Shown: positions 61,001 to 64,000 of the stretch, piece after piece | How the letters are laid out: every line of letters begins with the position of its first letter | How positions within the stretch are numbered: position 1 is the stretch's first letter | DNA from: Candidatus Krumholzibacteriota bacterium | GTDB taxonomy: Bacteria; Krumholzibacteriota; Krumholzibacteriia; LZORAL124-64-63 | Assembly (NCBI GenBank): GCA_024275485.1 | Contig: JAJRZA010000053.1 | Location: forward strand, 24,608-88,607 | Direction of reading: 5' to 3' | DNA: 64,000 bases | The notes under the pieces: model-generated | The model's database searches: none | The model's input: only the letters and a program-made list of their open reading frames with translations | What the model was told of the DNA's origin: nothing | Translations under genes and position numbers: made by a program

Positions 61001-61409
61001 AGGTTTGCTGGGAACCCTCGTACCCGCCAAAGGTCGCCTCGGCGGGTTTGATTTGTGGCGTGTGGATACCAAGCAGCGGCAAGGCATATTGTCCCGGGCC
61101 ATCCGCGAAGGAGTGCGTATCCAGATGCGCTCCATTTTGCTGACCAGCGGCACCACCATTGCCGGAATGTTGCCCCTGATCTACAAGAGCGAAACCTCCG
61201 AGGGCAACGACATCTGGCACAATCTGGCCCTCAGCTCCATTGGCGGGTTGACCAGCAGCACGGTGCTTATTCTCAGTGCGATCCCGGCTTTGTATTGGAT
61301 TTTTACCCGGTTCGGCTGGACGTTGGCTCGATTTGGACATCTGGTTGGACGATGGTGGAATCGTTTGCGGGGACGGGAAGTGCCGGTGCCGATGGAAACC
61401 GGTAGTTAG
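58029..61409 (+). CDS. AcrB/AcrD/AcrF-family RND permease 2
   Basis: DHPVA, EAMPETDLP, GMLLDNSILVLDAI, MAAMFES, GIVVNNAILL and MRSILLTS motifs; 1126 aa. Confidence 0.92.
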   Translation: MIRFAVDHPVATWMLFAAMVVTGLYALPRLNIEAMPETDLPELSIDTAWNGASPSAILRSVTLPVEEAVAGCHGVEDLDSISRHGRSVVTVKFKRDTNMEFARLELSERLGAVRRTLPAMASQPFIRPFVPEELQSEDFFTLNLISPLSMNQLRDRAETWLLPRFLSISGVADAELRGGARPLVRILLDLELVERYGLTADGINSRINSLDAIVPAGTIRKAGQEFTVSVRDSASVLQLSQTVLRTIGGQAITLGHVATVKPDFEDIGYFTRINGDNVITLVITKRSGQNSISVSKQLRAELPKIEESAPFPISFEIDQDEGADLEDKLSDLVWRSGIILLLLFVLLAIALKRVRLTGIVVLSIVLAILICLSMFYLFGISVNFITISGLTVCFGMLLDNSILVLDAIHRRLTGKKSGEAREALISGTHEVAFPIMATTLTTVVAFLSFIFMTDRLSLFYLPLAISVGIAMLASIFVAFGWIPVALRGPAEHDMRHSKAADDEHSLGGLSLLWRWALGLLILALVGLAGVWIWKDFMTVKDSLPWIGASMALLMAVGVFVSFVDGLTRFHTRFWFFPILLTIAIFAGTWYVFDEKVRTGGFWRPQDAEKVTVYLRRAVGTDVKLSSATMKLFEDEVLPLPEGVHMRTTSFDNQAYMEMEFDEELLGSAYPEMFRNKFIILAEELGGMFIYIGGFGDPYMKGGMGGNRSNSTVRITGYNSKELKTISDGVLARLERNRRVRNALLSDGGRFSRAGTDETVILLNRKVLAEHRLSMSEMMGHIRRLLGVDNPWHMILDGEDQRLMMTYNDAEEIEYDQIMGRILTTSRGQKVQLGRLITIESRPEISSITRHDQRYSQLINWEYIGTDSMKRKFLANIVKGIELPYGYTAEDMSGQQVTEEEEDQLRETLYWTIIFIFMAMAAMFESFFLPMLVLLTLPMAMAGVGGIYWATAVEFDSSAKIGLILMFGIVVNNAILLINRFRLQVREIVAEKGLLGTLVPAKGRLGGFDLWRVDTKQRQGILSRAIREGVRIQMRSILLTSGTTIAGMLPLIYKSETSEGNDIWHNLALSSIGGLTSSTVLILSAIPALYWIFTRFGWTLARFGHLVGRWWNRLRGREVPVPMETGS

Positions 61410-61417
61410 GCCTGCAA

Positions 61418-62587
61418 GTGAGTGAACCCGACAAGTTTATTGAGGAACTGACAGACTTTCGCCACAGGTTGCACCGTCAGCCCGAGCTTTCGGGTCAGGA
61501 AGTGAAGACCGCCGCCATAATGAAGCAGTTCCTGGCTGAACGCGGTCCCCGGGAAATGATAGAAGGTTTGGGTGGCCATGGACTGGCTGCCGTTTTTTCA
61601 GCCCCTGACAACCGGCCCGGCCCCGTGGTCATGTTGCGGGCAGAACTTGACGCCCTCCCCCTTGATGAGTCGCCTGATTCCCCGTGGCCCAGTGAACACC
61701 TCGGCTGCGCCCACAAATGCGGGCACGATGGCCACATGGCCATACTCGCCGGTGTGGCTTGTCGCCTGCAAAAATCTCCTCCATCTTGCGGGTCGATTAT
61801 TTTGTTGTTCCAACCCGCGGAAGAAACCGGTGCCGGAGCGGCGGCCCTGTTGGCCGACCCCAATTTCAGGGCTTTGAAACCCGACTGGATTTTTGCCCTG
61901 CACAACCTGCCCGGCCATCCTGCATGGAACATTCTCACCCGCCCCGGCGCTTTTGCCGCCGCCAGTGTTGGTGTGAAGATCCACCTGCGGGGTTCCACCT
62001 GCCATGCCGCTTATCCCGAGCAGGGAAACAGCCCGGATCTGGCCATGGCCGAATTGGTGATGGGCCTGGTCAACCTTAGCGATGATGCGGACGAAGCCCT
62101 GGCCCTTGTCACCGTTGTTCATGCCCGATTGGGTGATGGCCGTTTTGGCGAAGCGGGCTTCGGCATCAGCCCTGGTGAAGCTGAAATCATGTCCACCATC
62201 CGCGCGGATCAGGATGAGGTTTTGCAGCACCTCAAAGCAAAAACGGCGGATTTGGCACGGGAAATCTCCATGAATCATGGATTAAAGTGTGAAGTGGAAT
62301 ACTGTGAAGAATTCCCGGTGACCATGAACGATGCAGAAGCAGTGGAAATCATTCGTCAAGCGGCGCAGGAGTTGAACCTGGAGGTTGAATCCCCTGGAGA
62401 GAGTCCGTTTCACTGGTCCGAAGATTTTGGTTTCCTTACTGCCTGGACCAGTGGCGCCATGTTTGGCTTGGGGGCGGGCACCAGGTACCCCGCATTGCAC
62501 GGGCCCGATTTTGATTTCAACGACGACCTGATTTTTCCCGGAATACAAATTTTGGAACGGATTTGTCGGCGAAGCCTCTCCCGGTAA
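61418..62587 (+). CDS. M20D-family amidohydrolase
   Basis: RHRLHRQPELS, RAELDALP, HKCGHDGH, FQPAEETG, HNLPG, SEDF and LHGP motifs. Confidence 0.93.
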   Translation: MSEPDKFIEELTDFRHRLHRQPELSGQEVKTAAIMKQFLAERGPREMIEGLGGHGLAAVFSAPDNRPGPVVMLRAELDALPLDESPDSPWPSEHLGCAHKCGHDGHMAILAGVACRLQKSPPSCGSIILLFQPAEETGAGAAALLADPNFRALKPDWIFALHNLPGHPAWNILTRPGAFAAASVGVKIHLRGSTCHAAYPEQGNSPDLAMAELVMGLVNLSDDADEALALVTVVHARLGDGRFGEAGFGISPGEAEIMSTIRADQDEVLQHLKAKTADLAREISMNHGLKCEVEYCEEFPVTMNDAEAVEIIRQAAQELNLEVESPGESPFHWSEDFGFLTAWTSGAMFGLGAGTRYPALHGPDFDFNDDLIFPGIQILERICRRSLSR

Positions 62588-62792
62588 ATACCATATTCCT
62601 ACGGATTTTGTAGGTTAATGTCGCCAGGCAGTCCCACTTTTTTGACCTATTCTCTTCACTTTGACCCATTGCCAATTAAAAAATTGTGATGCCACCAGAC
62701 GCAGGTTATGTTCTAATTTCATGCGGTTGTCACCAAAATGTCAGCCCTCCACCGTATCCTTCTGTGAACCTTTCAGCGGGAGAGAAGAATCC

Positions 62793-63500
62793 ATGAATTC
62801 TTTCGGATCGATTGCCTGGTCGTCGGTCGGCAAGAAGGTGATAACCGGTCTGACGGGGCTGGCCCTTTTCGGGTTCGTCGTCGTTCACCTGATCGGAAAT
62901 CTCACCCTCTTTATCGGCCCTGGCGCCTTCAACGCTTATGCACATTTCCTGGAGACGGCAGTTCACGGCGGGCTGATTTACGCCTTTGAAGCCGTGCTGA
63001 TTCCCATTTTCCTCTTTCACATCATTTCGGCCTTCACCGTGGCCTGGACCGATCGTCGGGCCGCCCGGAAAACCGGATACAAGACCATGAAGAGCGCTGG
63101 TGGAAAGAGTCGCAAAACCCTCTCCTCGATCACCATGATCTACACTGGTGCCTTGATTCTCGTCTTCGTGATTGCCCACATTTTCCTGTTCAAATTTTCT
63201 GATCACGAAGTTGACGCCGATGGAGTCAAGAATCTCTATAAAACCGTGGTAACCGCCTTCCAACAGGTCGGCTTTACGGCATTTACGGTATTGGCCATGA
63301 TCATGCTTGGTTTTCACCTGCGGCACGGTTTCTGGAGCGCGTTCCAGTCCATTGGTTGGGCCAACGACAAGTACCTGCCCATCCTTGAAAAACTGGCCCT
63401 GGTCTTTGCCATCTTGCTGGGCATTGGCTTTGTCCTCATTCCCGTCTATCTCTACCTCAATGGCGATCCCAGCGCGGTTGCCGGTCCGGGAGGTCACTAA
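62793..63500 (+). CDS. sdhC: Succinate dehydrogenase/fumarate reductase cytochrome b subunit
   Basis: [31 protein letters not shown] and [14 protein letters not shown] motifs; upstream of sdhA. Confidence 0.93.
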   Translation: MNSFGSIAWSSVGKKVITGLTGLALFGFVVVHLIGNLTLFIGPGAFNAYAHFLETAVHGGLIYAFEAVLIPIFLFHIISAFTVAWTDRRAARKTGYKTMKSAGGKSRKTLSSITMIYTGALILVFVIAHIFLFKFSDHEVDADGVKNLYKTVVTAFQQVGFTAFTVLAMIMLGFHLRHGFWSAFQSIGWANDKYLPILEKLALVFAILLGIGFVLIPVYLYLNGDPSAVAGPGGH

Positions 63501-63502
63501 TT

Positions 63503-64000
63503 ATGGCTGACCACAATATTCTCGACGCCAAGATCCCCAGCGGCCCCCTGGCCGAAAAGTGGGACCAGCACATGATGGACAGCCCCCTGGTGGCCCCGGG
63601 CGGAAACCGTCGCAAGCACAACATCATCGTTGTCGGCACCGGCCTGGCCGGTGGTGGAGCCGCCGCCACTTTGGGTGAGCACGGCTACAACGTGATGAAC
63701 TTTTGCATCCAGGACAGCCCCCGCCGGGCCCACAGCGTGGCCGCCCAGGGTGGTATCAACGCCTCCAAGAACTACCAGAACGACAGCGACAGCGTGTACC
63801 GACTGTTCTATGACACCATCAAGGGTGGCGATTACCGGTCGCGCGAAGCCAACACCTATCGTTTGGCCCAGTTGTCCATGGCCATCATCGACCAGAGCGT
63901 GGCCATGGGCGTGCCTTTTGCCCGTGAATACGGCGGCACCCTGTCCAACCGTTCTTTTGGCGGTGTGCAGGTCAGTCGTACCTTCTACGCTCGCGGCATT
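63503..64000 (+). CDS. sdhA: Succinate dehydrogenase/fumarate reductase flavoprotein subunit (runs off the window)
   Basis: Translated by hand: [50 protein letters not shown] and [16 protein letters not shown]. Confidence 0.97.
   Translation, partial: MADHNILDAKIPSGPLAEKWDQHMMDSPLVAPGGNRRKHNIIVVGTGLAGGGAAATLGEHGYNVMNFCIQDSPRRAHSVAAQGGINASKNYQNDSDSVYRLFYDTIKGGDYRSREANTYRLAQLSMAIIDQSVAMGVPFAREYGGTLSNRSFGGVQVSRTFYARGI

Noticed and set aside
62680-62780. Rex-like boxes upstream of sdhC
   Set aside because: Only half-sites (ttgtga; tgtgaa-cct-ttcagc) with wrong spacing and mismatches.

Overview
Chromosomal window of moderately GC-rich DNA from a diderm bacterium, probably anaerobic or fermentative (an FCB-like candidate phylum is my inference only). 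I found no rRNA, tRNA, CRISPR array, IS or prophage. Left part, almost all on the minus strand: secD (partial); a long operon ftsE-ftsX-envC-holB-ricT-tatD-rsmA that continues into an unknown large beta-barrel, two paralogous lipoproteins, a YibQ-like deacetylase and a degenerate DUF362 protein; mfd-PPIase-surA; an accessory block (Cys/His small protein, signal-less metzincin-like protease with a small partner gene, stand-alone ClpB-D2-type ATPase with an IGF loop); a redoxin/DsbD-alpha pair; a CinA/NadD-like protein; nifU-nifS; moxR-DUF58-BatA; a PP2C phosphatase (plus strand); a GT-C-like membrane protein; a PPi-type pfk; and add. Right part, mostly plus strand: nadE, an Rrf2 regulator, pta-ackA, a PhzF-like gene (minus strand), an operon of pseudo-esterase, two beta-propellers, an RND adaptor, two RND permeases and an M20 amidohydrolase, then sdhC-sdhA (partial). 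Three genes are interrupted: in-frame TAA codons at 18491-18493 and 57137-57139, and a one-base frameshift at about 15012. The best candidates for undescribed systems are the protease plus partner module, the apparently plugless barrel plus two lipoproteins, and the beta-propeller/heteromeric RND operon.
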